NCBI GenBank assembly: GCA_034435035.1
Contig: DAOTXW010000081.1
Coordinates: 72,580-136,579 of the forward strand
Direction: 5' to 3'
DNA: 64,000 bases
Source: Anaerolineae bacterium
Lineage (GTDB): Bacteria > Chloroflexota > Anaerolineae > Aggregatilineales > UBA3940
Part shown: in pieces, positions 1 to 8,685 of the stretch
Layout of the letters: the number at the start of each line of letters is the position of its first letter
How positions within the stretch are numbered: position 1 is the first letter of the stretch
Notes under the pieces: generated by a model
What the model was told of the DNA's origin: nothing
Database searches by the model: none
Seen by the model: the letters and a program-made list of their open reading frames with translations, nothing else
Translations under genes and position numbers: made by a program

Positions 1-867
1 TATGACTATGTGCTGTGGTCCACCTACCCCCCGGCCGAGGCGCTTGGCAACCGCCGCAGCCCGATCCCGGTGCAGGCGTCATCGGGCATACCACGCGCGC
101 TGCGCGACCTGACGATCACCCTGCCCTTCAATGACTTTGAGCTGCTGGAGCGCACCTTCAGGGATCAGGGGCACACCATCGCCGCCATCATCGTCGAACC
201 CATCCTGGGCAACTGCGCCGGGATCGAACCGCAGCCGGGCTTCCTGGAGCACATCCGCCGCCTGTGCGATGAATACGGGGTGATCTTCATTCTTGATGAG
301 GTCAAGACCGGATTCCGGGTGGCGCGGGGCGGGGCTCAGGAGCTGTTTGGCATCCGCCCGGACCTGGCCACCTACGCCAAGTCGATGGGCGCTGGCTACC
401 CGGTTGCCGCGTTCGGCGGCAAGAAGGAGATCATGTCGATCATCGGCCGCGGCGTTTCGCACGCCGGCACCTATACCGGTAACTCGGTGGGCACAGCCGC
501 CGCGGAGAAGACCCTGGAGATCATCGCTAACACCGATGCGCTGGAGGTCGTCGCCGATCGCGGGCGACAGCTCCAGAAGGGCATCAGTGATATCCTGGAG
601 TCACTCAGCGTACCCTTCGTGTTTGCCGGCCATCCGAGTATGTTCGGCATCCTGTTCAGCGAGCGGCAGCCCCGGGAGTACCGGGACTGGGCCGCCAGCG
701 ACCATCACACCTACGATCAGCTGATGATGGCCCTGATCGCGCGCGGGGTGATGCCTGACCCGGACTCACGGGAGCCATGGTTCCTGTCATCGGTCCACTC
801 TGAAGAAGATGTGTCCTTCACACTCAACGCCTTCGAGGATGCAATGAAGGAAGTCCTGGGCCGATAG
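1..867 (+). CDS. Class-III PLP-dependent aminotransferase (glutamate-1-semialdehyde aminomutase-like), 5' end cut by window edge
   Basis: Frame is open from nt 1. Motifs AAIIVEPILGN and FILDEVKTGFR are present, as is the PLP-lysine context ATYAKSMGAGYPVAAFGG typical of class-III aminotransferases. Confidence 0.8.
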   Translation, partial: YDYVLWSTYPPAEALGNRRSPIPVQASSGIPRALRDLTITLPFNDFELLERTFRDQGHTIAAIIVEPILGNCAGIEPQPGFLEHIRRLCDEYGVIFILDEVKTGFRVARGGAQELFGIRPDLATYAKSMGAGYPVAAFGGKKEIMSIIGRGVSHAGTYTGNSVGTAAAEKTLEIIANTDALEVVADRGRQLQKGISDILESLSVPFVFAGHPSMFGILFSERQPREYRDWAASDHHTYDQLMMALIARGVMPDPDSREPWFLSSVHSEEDVSFTLNAFEDAMKEVLGR

Positions 868-919
868 ACCCGGAATGGATGGATGATCTCGCACGGTAAG
901 GAGGGTTAAATACCCGGAG

Positions 920-2017
920 ATGGCAGATTACGCTGTCCAGATGCAGGAAGTCAGCAAAGTGTTTGCCGGGCCTGGCGGTGAAGAAGTACGGGCCGTTGAC
1001 CGGGTTTCACTGGAGATCCACAACGGCGAGTTCTTCTCATTCCTGGGCCCATCCGGCTGCGGCAAAACCACCAGCCTGCGCATGATTGCAGGCTTTGAGA
1101 TGCCGACCGAAGGACAGATCATGATCCAGGGCAAGCCTATGGGGCATATCCCGCCCTTTAAGCGCCCGGTCAACACGGTCTTCCAGAACTATGCGCTCTG
1201 GCCACACATGACTGTCTTCCAGAACATCGCCTTCGGCCTGGAGATGAAGAAAGTTCACCGCGATGAGATCAGGCGCCGCGTGGGCGAAGCCCTGGAGCTG
1301 GTCCAGCTCAAGGGTTTTGACAACCGGAGGCCCAAGCAGCTGTCCGGCGGGCAGCAGCAGCGGGTGGCGCTCGCGCGGGCGCTGGTGCAGCGTCCTGCCG
1401 TCCTGCTGCTCGACGAGCCGCTGGGCGCGCTGGACCTCAAGCTGCGCAAGGCGATGCAGCTGGAGCTGAAACACATGCAGCAGCAGGTCGGAATCACGTT
1501 CATCTACGTGACACACGATCAGGAAGAGGCACTGACGATGTCCGATCGGCTGGCCGTCATGCATGGCGGACGTATCCAGCAGCTTGGTCATCCTGCTGAC
1601 ATCTACGAGCGTCCAACCAGCCGGTATGTGGCGGACTTCATCGGCGAGACGAACTTTTTGGAAGGTCAGATCACCGCTGTTGATGGGGCCTGGGCTCAGG
1701 TTCTGATCGATGATCAGCTGGCCCTGTCCGCCCCGGCTGTCGCCGGGCTGGTCAGCGGCGCCCATGTGACGGTGGCGCTGCGCCCGGAGAAGCTCAACGT
1801 TCTGGCAGAGCCGGACTCCACCCGCCAGTGCGTCCCCGGCCGCGTAGAAGAAGTGGTCTACATTGGCACGGATACCCGGTACATCGTCCGGCTGACCGGG
1901 CGGACACGGGTGGTCGTCCGCATGCAGAATCTCAATACGGGGACGACACCCTATGCGCACGACGCGGAGGTCCTGGTAGCCTGGGAACCCTCCAGTGCAC
2001 GCCTGCTCATAGAATGA
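920..2017 (+). CDS. ABC transporter ATP-binding protein, PotA/CysA type with C-terminal TOBE-like domain
   Basis: Walker [13 protein letters not shown] signature [15 protein letters not shown], Walker [13 protein letters not shown]-loop YVTHDQ. The block [20 protein letters not shown] is typical of polyamine/sulfate/iron importer ATPases. Confidence 0.85.
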   Translation: MADYAVQMQEVSKVFAGPGGEEVRAVDRVSLEIHNGEFFSFLGPSGCGKTTSLRMIAGFEMPTEGQIMIQGKPMGHIPPFKRPVNTVFQNYALWPHMTVFQNIAFGLEMKKVHRDEIRRRVGEALELVQLKGFDNRRPKQLSGGQQQRVALARALVQRPAVLLLDEPLGALDLKLRKAMQLELKHMQQQVGITFIYVTHDQEEALTMSDRLAVMHGGRIQQLGHPADIYERPTSRYVADFIGETNFLEGQITAVDGAWAQVLIDDQLALSAPAVAGLVSGAHVTVALRPEKLNVLAEPDSTRQCVPGRVEEVVYIGTDTRYIVRLTGRTRVVVRMQNLNTGTTPYAHDAEVLVAWEPSSARLLIE

Positions 2018-2054
2018 CCCTCGCCAGCAGGAGGGACGTGACAACAAAACGACC

Positions 2055-2112
2055 GCGGGTGGCCGGGCTGTTCGTATTGTTCGTACCGGCCACCCGCTTT
2101 TCGTGTTTTCAG
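2055..2112 (+). terminator. Intrinsic terminator after the ABC ATPase gene
   Basis: Perfect 12-bp stem gcgggtggccgg (2055-2066) / ccggccacccgc (2086-2097), followed by ttttcgtgtttt. Confidence 0.75.
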
Positions 2113-2169
2113 GGGTGTCGCAGAATGTTACTTCGGTATATTATTATTAACGGATAAGCTGCATGGTGA

Positions 2170-2832
2170 GTGACTGCACCCGCATTCGAGATTCAGATGG
2201 GGAAAAACCTGATGCACACCTACCGACTCAATAAAGGCACTGATGTGCTTTTACTCACCAGTGCAGCTTTTGGTCTGCAGATCGAGTCAGGCATTAAAGG
2301 TTACCTGCGCCTTCCTCTGACTGCGCCTGAAGGGGACCTCACCACCGACTGCTGGCGCATCCTGCTGGAGCTGACCGGTAAGAACCGCGGACTCCTGCCA
2401 TTCGAGATCGCCGCGGATGTTGTTATTGGCCGCGGAATGGAAGGCGCTGACGCACCTGACCTCGACCTGACCGCGCTCGATGCGCTCGATCTGGGCGTCT
2501 CGCGCCGTCACGCGCTGCTGCGCCCTACTACCAATAACCTGTACCTGATCGATCTGGGCAGCACCAACGGCACCCTGATCAATGGCAGCGTGCTGGGACG
2601 CGGGGCGCATTCCCTGGCCCTGCACGATCACATCTCACTGGGCAAGCTGAATATGCGGGTGCGCTATCTGGAGGTCATCCGCGGACAGACTCCAGCCCTC
2701 GCGCCAGAAGAGATTCCGCCCACTCCGCTCACTTCGCCCCCCTCACCTCCGGCCGGTCCGCCGACCCACCGCCTGCTCAGCGATGACGAGGAATCTGAGG
2801 AGCCAGAATCGCCGCAGGCTACTGTACCGTAA
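2170..2832 (+). CDS. FHA domain-containing protein with Pro-rich acidic C-terminal tail
   Basis: FHA core VIGRG...GVSRRHALL...YLIDLGSTNGTLINGSVL...ISLG. The start is uncertain (GTG 2170 or ATG 2197). Confidence 0.8.
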   Translation: MTAPAFEIQMGKNLMHTYRLNKGTDVLLLTSAAFGLQIESGIKGYLRLPLTAPEGDLTTDCWRILLELTGKNRGLLPFEIAADVVIGRGMEGADAPDLDLTALDALDLGVSRRHALLRPTTNNLYLIDLGSTNGTLINGSVLGRGAHSLALHDHISLGKLNMRVRYLEVIRGQTPALAPEEIPPTPLTSPPSPPAGPPTHRLLSDDEESEEPESPQATVP

Positions 2833-3646
2833 TGGTGACGGGCTGAGCCAGAAGCTGCCAGTTGCCCCCTGCCCCATTGCAGGCTTCCACGCTGGAATAG
2901 CAGATGCTGAGCTGAAGACTGTAAGTTCCCGGTGTGCCAATAGCGAGGCCATCGCGCCAGTTCAACGTCTGACCCGGTGCCAGCTCCGACCCGGTCCAGC
3001 TGGCCTGGAACGCCACATTCTGCCCCGCACTGTTCATCAGAGCGGCACCCAGATAGCCAAACGGAAGGTTATCCGTCTGGCTCGGATTCGTGACCGAGAA
3101 ATTGAACCATACCCGCTGGTTGACTCCCACGACCGGATTTTCCACGGAGAAGGCCGCGTTGATCACCTGGCCGGCAGCCGGAGTCGGCGTGGGCGGCGGC
3201 GTAGGTGAACTGGTTGGCGCCCGGGTGGCGGTGGGGGGCGGCGGGTTGGTCGGCACAGTTGTGGGCTGGCCCGTCGGCGGTACGTCCGTGGGCGGGGCCG
3301 TGGGCGGCTCACCCTGCGTGGCCGTGGGCATGGCTACTGCCCCGGTCTGGGCTGGCAGGGTACTGACCGGAGTCGCGGTCGGGATCGACAGGGGAATCCC
3401 GGGCGTGGCCGTCGGTCTCTCCAGCTCCGGCGCCGACGGGCCGCGCATCACCAGGAAGTAGCCTGCCAGCACCAGCAGCACGGCGCCGCCCAGGACGACG
3501 ATCCCGGCGATCACAAACGGCAGCAGGGCAGCGACATCGGGGCGTTTAGCGTTCAAAACCCCCGCTCCTCGGAGCCCCTGCAGGCGAAGGGCCAGTCGGC
3601 GCAACACAAATTGAAGCACAGAGGGTCTGCGCCCCTGGCCCTGCAA
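2819..3646 (-). CDS. Single-pass membrane protein: N-terminal TM anchor, Pro/Thr-rich linker, C-terminal beta-rich domain
   Basis: TM segment LLPFVIAGIVVLGGAVLLVLAGYFLV. About 100 aa of P/T-rich low complexity (PTATPVSTLP...PPPPTATRAPTSSPTPPPTPTP). Then a ~110-aa domain (NAAFSVENP...TYSLQLSICY). Lies 18 nt downstream of the DnaB-like gene on the same strand. Confidence 0.6.
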   Translation of the reverse strand: MQGQGRRPSVLQFVLRRLALRLQGLRGAGVLNAKRPDVAALLPFVIAGIVVLGGAVLLVLAGYFLVMRGPSAPELERPTATPGIPLSIPTATPVSTLPAQTGAVAMPTATQGEPPTAPPTDVPPTGQPTTVPTNPPPPTATRAPTSSPTPPPTPTPAAGQVINAAFSVENPVVGVNQRVWFNFSVTNPSQTDNLPFGYLGAALMNSAGQNVAFQASWTGSELAPGQTLNWRDGLAIGTPGTYSLQLSICYSSVEACNGAGGNWQLLAQPVTITVQ

Positions 3647-3664
3647 CCAGGCAGGCAGTCGCCC

Positions 3665-4786
3665 TCATGCCTCGATGATCTTGTCATCGATCAGCTGCTG
3701 CTGGACAAGCTGCCCGCGCGGATCGAAGCAGAAGAACGGCGCGTGCAGGTGAAACTCCACATCGATCATGGCACGCCCGGCGCGGTTCTTCTCGATCGTG
3801 AACACCACCCACTCGCGGTACTGCCGCGCCTGGTAGGGGTTGAAGGCCACATGTTCCTTTGAGAGGATGTTGTACTTGTTGTTCATCAGGAGCGCGATAT
3901 CACATTCGTAATCCAGCGCCGAGCTACCCCGCAGGTGGAACAGATGCAGACGCTTGGCCTTGAGCCCCTCGCGGTCAGACGCGACGATCGAGAACACCGG
4001 GACATTGAGCGAGAGCGCAATATCCTTCAGGCCTTCGACCACAATAGTGATCTTGTCGTTCTCGTCCTGCGCGCGCTCCGGGTAGATGGCGATCTTCTGC
4101 AGGTAGTCAACGAACACCACCACATTGCCATTGGTGGCCTGTACCAGGCGCGTCACCATATCGCGAATCGCTGTCAGGGTGGTCACCGCCGGGCTGGCTT
4201 TCAGCAGAATCAGCCGGTCTGCATACTCGGTCATGCTTGCCAGCGCCGCCGAAGTGCGCTCATGCTCCCGCAGGATGCCCCGCAGCGAGCTGGTGGTCCC
4301 CTGGTTGCGAGCCAGATACATTCGGGCCCGCCGCGAGACGATGATGTCCTGCAGATCCTTCATCCGCACCCCATTCGCCGTATCCATCTGGGGTGGATCT
4401 ACACTCTCCAGACACAGCAGGCGATTCATCAGATGCGCCTCGGTATGCTCATAGGAGAGGTAGAAGGCATAGAGATTACCTGACTTGACCACGTTGCGGG
4501 CCATCTGGAGGGCCGTGATGGTCTTGCCGATTCCCTGCGCTCCGCCCAGCAGCACCAGCTCGCCGCGCTGAAGCCCGCCGCCAATCGCGGCGTCTAACGG
4601 ATCAAAACCGGTGGGAATCGGGATGAAAGTGCTCAAATCACCCTGGACCACCGCTTCATTGGCATCATTCAGGACCTGTGAAAGGGTACGCGGAATGGCG
4701 CCCCGGCTGCGATAGTAGTCGTCACTGGAATAGGCGTCGGACATATCTGGATATTCACCCCGGGCAAGTGTATCCTGTATTCGCAA
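3665..4786 (-). CDS. DnaB-helicase C-terminal (RecA-fold) domain ATPase lacking the DnaB N-terminal domain
   Basis: IPTGFDPLDAAIGGGLQRGELVLLGGAQGIGKT (Walker A), VVFVDYLQKI (Walker B / DnaB H2-like), LRGSSALDYECDIALLM. At 373 aa it is about 80-100 aa shorter than replicative DnaB. Alternative start is Met15 (MSDAYSS). Confidence 0.7.
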   Translation of the reverse strand: MRIQDTLARGEYPDMSDAYSSDDYYRSRGAIPRTLSQVLNDANEAVVQGDLSTFIPIPTGFDPLDAAIGGGLQRGELVLLGGAQGIGKTITALQMARNVVKSGNLYAFYLSYEHTEAHLMNRLLCLESVDPPQMDTANGVRMKDLQDIIVSRRARMYLARNQGTTSSLRGILREHERTSAALASMTEYADRLILLKASPAVTTLTAIRDMVTRLVQATNGNVVVFVDYLQKIAIYPERAQDENDKITIVVEGLKDIALSLNVPVFSIVASDREGLKAKRLHLFHLRGSSALDYECDIALLMNNKYNILSKEHVAFNPYQARQYREWVVFTIEKNRAGRAMIDVEFHLHAPFFCFDPRGQLVQQQLIDDKIIEA

Positions 4787-4837
4787 GGTTTATTCTAGCA
4801 GCGCGGTAGATTCAGAGCAATCGAGAGCGCGGCCCGG

Positions 4838-4870
4838 CAAAACGGGGGCCCCCTGTCAGAGGGGGCCCCC
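4838..4870 (-). terminator. Hairpin terminator downstream of the 4907..6256 gene
   Basis: gggggccccc (4844-4853), loop tgtcaga, gggggccccc (4861-4870). On the minus strand it is followed by gtttt, a short U tract. Confidence 0.5.
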
Positions 4871-4906
4871 TTCCTGAAGTGCGTCTGGAGCGGCGCTTTC
4901 AGACTC

Positions 4907-6256
4907 TCATTCAGCGGCCACGTCAGCCGCCGGGCCGGACGCCGCCGGCGCGGCCACGGCCGGCGGCACCGAGCGCGAGCGCAGATACAGGAACATCGCG
5001 CCCAGCCCAAACATCCCAACCAGCCCGGCGAGCGCCCAGCGCCCGATCAGCGGGATACCCAGCAGGAAACTGAGTATCAGCACACCGACCGCCAGCGGCC
5101 AGAACGTCCCGGTCTTCTGTTCACCGGAGGCAACCAGCCCATACAGGAAGCCGCCCACCAGCATGGCCATGATCAGCGGCGCGATCCAGCGCGTCGCCAG
5201 CCGGAAGACGGTCCATGTGCCGACGCTGATCAGCCCCAGCCCGCCGGCCAGACGGCTGCCTGCGCCCGCCAGCGGCAGGAACAGAAACACCAGGAAAAGC
5301 AGCACGAGCAGCGGCAGGAAGACATACACAACCGAATAGCCCAGCAGGCCGATGCCCAGGCTGGGCAGCGGTCGGCTGCGCAGCATCTGCAGCGAACCCT
5401 CAAAGAAAGCCGGGAATACGCGCTGCCCGATCAGCCCGACCCCCAGCAGCACCACAAAGCTGCCCAGCACATAGCCAGCATAGCGCAGGCCAGCCGGCAT
5501 GCCGCTGCTGCCCGCCTGCTCCTCACTGACAGAGATGATCTGTTCGCTGACTTCCCCTGCCACGGCTCCGCCGGGGATGCTGGCCGGCGCACTGGATTCG
5601 TAGCTCAGATCGCCGGCAACCTCGCCAGCGCTGCCAAAGGTCAACCCGCCCGGGATCGTTGAGATCGCCGGTATCGATGGGTCACCCATGAAGGCAGCCG
5701 GGTTCATCGGCACGGAATCGCCGGAACCTACGCTCACGGTGGCGCTGCCGGCGATCTGCCCGTTTATACGTATCGACTCACTGCCAGTGAGAACATCGCC
5801 ACCCACATCCGCCAGCACGATCTGCGCGGCACCGGCGTACACATTGCCGCCGGCGCTGCTGCCATCCCGCATCTCCAGCGCATAGCCGGCAGCGATGATA
5901 TCGTCCCCCACCACAGCGCCGTCCTCCAGAACCAGCGTCATGCCGGCGATGCGCGCATCGTCCTGCACTTCGCCGTTGATGATCAGCCACTGCCCGGCGA
6001 ACAGCAGATCGCCCGTGACCGTACCATTAAGCGTGAGGGATGAGCCAACCGCCACCAGATCGCCGTCAATGGTGGCATTGACGGTAATGTTCTGGCCGGC
6101 CACATACAGATCGTCAGCCACATCTTCGTCGATGAGGATGTTGTCACCGGTGATCGGCTCGGCAGCCAGCACAGCAGTGCCCGGCAGCAGGGCAACCAGA
6201 ATCACCAGCAGCAGGATGAGGGTGCGACGTACAGGGAGAGAAGGATGCCAAGTCAT
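4907..6256 (-). CDS. Membrane protein: signal/anchor, beta-helical bactofilin-like (polymer-forming) repeats, C-terminal multi-TM domain
   Basis: Start set at internal ATG (6256..6254, MTWHPSLPVRRTLILLLVILVALLPGTAVLAA). Repeats of G-D/N-hydrophobic pattern follow (VNATIDGDLVAVGSSLTLNGTVTGDLLFAGQWLIINGEVQDD...). The C-terminal ~200 aa are hydrophobic. The 183-aa upstream extension in the ORF track was rejected. Confidence 0.55.
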   Translation of the reverse strand: MTWHPSLPVRRTLILLLVILVALLPGTAVLAAEPITGDNILIDEDVADDLYVAGQNITVNATIDGDLVAVGSSLTLNGTVTGDLLFAGQWLIINGEVQDDARIAGMTLVLEDGAVVGDDIIAAGYALEMRDGSSAGGNVYAGAAQIVLADVGGDVLTGSESIRINGQIAGSATVSVGSGDSVPMNPAAFMGDPSIPAISTIPGGLTFGSAGEVAGDLSYESSAPASIPGGAVAGEVSEQIISVSEEQAGSSGMPAGLRYAGYVLGSFVVLLGVGLIGQRVFPAFFEGSLQMLRSRPLPSLGIGLLGYSVVYVFLPLLVLLFLVFLFLPLAGAGSRLAGGLGLISVGTWTVFRLATRWIAPLIMAMLVGGFLYGLVASGEQKTGTFWPLAVGVLILSFLLGIPLIGRWALAGLVGMFGLGAMFLYLRSRSVPPAVAAPAASGPAADVAAE

Positions 6257-6376
6257 GTCAGACCTTTCTACACACAGCGGGGCACGGAAAGGCAACTGCC
6301 ATCCTGATACCTGTACGCAGGCTCCCGGTGCAAGTTTCAGCCCGCCGCGCTGGCGCCGGCCTGAAAGCAGGCTATA

Positions 6377-7423
6377 ATGCCGCTGATGCGCAGGCTGCTG
6401 ATCGACCTCTGGCACTTGGTGTGGACTCCGGGCGGCGATCCCATCTACCGGCGTGAGATGGCCGGCTGGTCCTACCCTGGGCCATGGCGGAGTATCCAGC
6501 GCGGGTGCCTGCCCCTGATCGCCGTCCTGCTGGGGGGCAGTGTATGCCTGTGCAGCGGGTCGTGCGGGGTGACAGTCCTGCCATCGGCGCAGCCCCCGGC
6601 GCAGTGGCTCCTGCTGCCGCTGGCGCTGGGGGCCGGCCTGCTGGTCGGTGAATCCCTGCTGGGGGCGATCACCGGGCTGATCACGACCGCGCTGGCCGCG
6701 ACCACTGTCAGCGCGGAGATGGAGGCGCAGACCTATGGTCTGCTGCGGCTGACAGCCGTCAGCCCACGCCAGATCGTGCTGGCCAAGCTGGCAGCAGTCT
6801 TCCACCAGGTGCGCACGCCTGTGCTGGTGATGATGACCCTGCGGCTTCTTCTGCTGCTGCTGGGGCTGGTCACGGCGGCCGGGCTGACGCTGGTCGCCCT
6901 CCAGGACAGCGGCGGGGCAGCGAGCAGCCAGACGCCCCCGGCGGCTCTCCCGGTTGCCGTTCCGCCCCTTCCCGGCCTGACCGGGGCTCTGACCGCGCTG
7001 TATGTAGCGCTGGGTGTCCTGGCGCTGATGCTCATCGCGCTGTGGCTGGCGTACTATCTGCTGCGCCCCGCGCTGGACATCCTGCTCTTTGGCTCCCTGG
7101 GCATCTTCGCGTCATCGCTGGCCCGCACGCGTGCCAACGGACTGCTGACTGCCGCCGGTCTGCGGATCCTGCTGGGTGCCATTGCCTATGTGGCAGGGCA
7201 GGTGCTGTCCGCCTCCTTCTCGCTGATCAGCCTGCCGGTGTCACTGCTGCCCGGCTTCCCAACCTGGCTTGCGAGCAGCAACGCAGCCCCGGGGCTGCTG
7301 GGGATCGGCGCAGTCCTGATCGCGATCGCCATTCTGCTGGCGGTCGTGAGCGCGCAGATCGGGGCCTCTCTGTTTCTGGTGGGCGCCGCCATAGGCCGCG
7401 CACAGAGCCTCCCGTTCGGCTGA
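6377..7423 (+). CDS. ABC-2-type permease-like polytopic membrane protein (no cognate ATPase adjacent)
   Basis: Multi-TM protein. The motif TTVSAEMEAQTYGLLRLTAVSPRQIVLAKL resembles the E-x-E-x-G-T-x-E-x-L-x-x-x-P loop of ABC-2 permeases. Alternative start ATG 6386 lies just after a TATAAT (6373-6378). Confidence 0.5.
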   Translation: MPLMRRLLIDLWHLVWTPGGDPIYRREMAGWSYPGPWRSIQRGCLPLIAVLLGGSVCLCSGSCGVTVLPSAQPPAQWLLLPLALGAGLLVGESLLGAITGLITTALAATTVSAEMEAQTYGLLRLTAVSPRQIVLAKLAAVFHQVRTPVLVMMTLRLLLLLLGLVTAAGLTLVALQDSGGAASSQTPPAALPVAVPPLPGLTGALTALYVALGVLALMLIALWLAYYLLRPALDILLFGSLGIFASSLARTRANGLLTAAGLRILLGAIAYVAGQVLSASFSLISLPVSLLPGFPTWLASSNAAPGLLGIGAVLIAIAILLAVVSAQIGASLFLVGAAIGRAQSLPFG

Positions 7424-7450
7424 CCCTGCTGCCCGATCCCGGGGAACATC

Positions 7451-7474
7451 GAGGCCCGGCTCAGGCCGGGCCTC
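7451..7474. terminator. GC-rich hairpin between convergent genes (bidirectional terminator candidate)
   Basis: gaggcccggc (7451-7460), loop tcag, gccgggcctc (7465-7474). Perfect 10-bp stem, no clear U tract. Confidence 0.45.
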
Positions 7475-7500
7475 ATAGCTATCAAGTCTCGCTGGATCGA

Positions 7501-8544
7501 TTACGAATCCGACGAGGAATCGCCGGCGCTTTTCTGCTGCACACGCTCGCGCTCCCTGCGCCGCCGCTGGCGCAGACGGTCGCGCTCCAGTGCCCGCTCG
7601 CGGCGGCGCCTCTCAGAAAGGATCTCCTGATACTGCTGCTGGCGCTGCCGCCGGGTCAGCGGACGCTGGATGAACGGGATCTTGAAGTGCCCGGTGCGAT
7701 CCAGAACGATCAGCAGCCCGATCAGCACATAGACCATGGAAAGGAGGCGCGAGTAGCTCAAGGGCGACTCGGTGCCATCCGCCAGGAGAATCCGCGGCTG
7801 GTCAGGCCGCCAGATCTCGACGATGAAACGGCCAAAGCCTGCCATCACCAGATACGCCCCGGTCAGGATGCCCCGCTGGATACGCTCCTGGTTGCGACGG
7901 AAGATGAAATACAGCACGCCGAAGCTCAGGAAAAGCCAGAATGCCTCGTACAGCATGGTCGGATGAAAGCGGGTTTCGGCAGGCAGGCTGCGGAACTGCG
8001 GCAGCCGATTTTCCACTGATACCAGCATCCCAAACCATGTCGAGCCGGTCGGCGGGCCATACAGCTCCTGATTGATCAGGTTGCCGAAACGCCCGATGCC
8101 CTGGCCAACCAGCAGGCCAAGCAGCCCGGCGTCTGCCAGCAGCCACCCCGGCAGCTTGCGGGTGCGCGAATACAGGAGCAGCGCAATCAGTCCGCCGACC
8201 GCGCCGCCGAAGATGTTCATGCCGCCGGTGCGCGGGTTCAGAATCTCCAGCGGACGGGAGAGCGAATAAGCGTCGCTGCCGCCCAGCACCGCCTGGCCGA
8301 CATACCACAGCCTTGCGCCCAGCAGGCCCGCAATGAGTACCCACAGAAGCGCATCCCAGACGATCTCCGGATCCTGTCCTTCCATCTCGACATGCCGGGC
8401 GGCGATGAAAGCGCCGACAAAAATACCCACCGAGGCCAGGATGCCATACCAGTAAATCGGCAGGCTGCCGCCTGCGCTGGCGAACCACGGGATGCAGAAT
8501 GCAACTTCCTGCGGGGCGGAGCAGGTCACCAGTGCTTGCCACAT
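7501..8544 (-). CDS. lgt: Prolipoprotein diacylglyceryl transferase with Arg-rich C-terminal tail
   Basis: IYWYGILASVGIFVG, GGMNIFGGAVGGLIALLLY, canonical GQGIGRFGNLINQELYG, FHPTMLYEAFW. Start ATG 8544 is preceded by GAGGA 8 nt upstream; the track start GTG 8574 has no RBS. The tail is RRQRQQQYQEILSERRRRERALERDRLRQRRRRERER. Confidence 0.9.
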   Translation of the reverse strand: MWQALVTCSAPQEVAFCIPWFASAGGSLPIYWYGILASVGIFVGAFIAARHVEMEGQDPEIVWDALLWVLIAGLLGARLWYVGQAVLGGSDAYSLSRPLEILNPRTGGMNIFGGAVGGLIALLLYSRTRKLPGWLLADAGLLGLLVGQGIGRFGNLINQELYGPPTGSTWFGMLVSVENRLPQFRSLPAETRFHPTMLYEAFWLFLSFGVLYFIFRRNQERIQRGILTGAYLVMAGFGRFIVEIWRPDQPRILLADGTESPLSYSRLLSMVYVLIGLLIVLDRTGHFKIPFIQRPLTRRQRQQQYQEILSERRRRERALERDRLRQRRRRERERVQQKSAGDSSSDS

Positions 8545-8635
8545 AATTCGTATCCTCGCGCGTGAATCAACCACGTGCTCTGTGCTGCCAGAGCGTCAGA
8601 ATTATAGAGTCTTCAGGCGGTGTTTGCGAAAAAGC

Positions 8636-8674
8636 GCAGAGGGCGCCGGTAGGAGCGCCCTCTGTGCCGAATGC
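8636..8674 (-). terminator. Intrinsic terminator downstream of the sulfatase-like gene
   Basis: Stem cagagggcgc (8647-8656) / gcgccctctg (8665-8674). The minus-strand reading is followed by ctttttcg. Confidence 0.65.
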
Positions 8675-8685
8675 CCTGAGGGGGG

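Noticed and set aside
1037-2047. Long antisense ORFs over housekeeping genes: 1037..2047, 7042..8019, 10531..11244, 11130..12179, 24510..25361, 44541..45479, 45513..46754 and 62676..63743.
   Set aside because: Each overlaps a gene with strong motif evidence on the other strand, and each has Arg/Gly/Pro/Gln-biased composition. All are treated as GC-rich shadow ORFs.
4844-4870. Self-complementary GGGGGCCCCC x2 element considered as a repeat or restriction-type site.
   Set aside because: Its position immediately downstream of the 4907 stop codon, and the hairpin geometry, make a terminator the simpler explanation.
6257-6805. 183-aa N-terminal extension of the 4907..6805 ORF (632 aa in the track).
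   Set aside because: The extension is Arg/Gln/Gly/Pro-rich low complexity and overlaps the divergent gene start at 6377. A textbook signal/anchor sequence begins at the internal Met (ATG 6256). The gene is called as 4907..6256.
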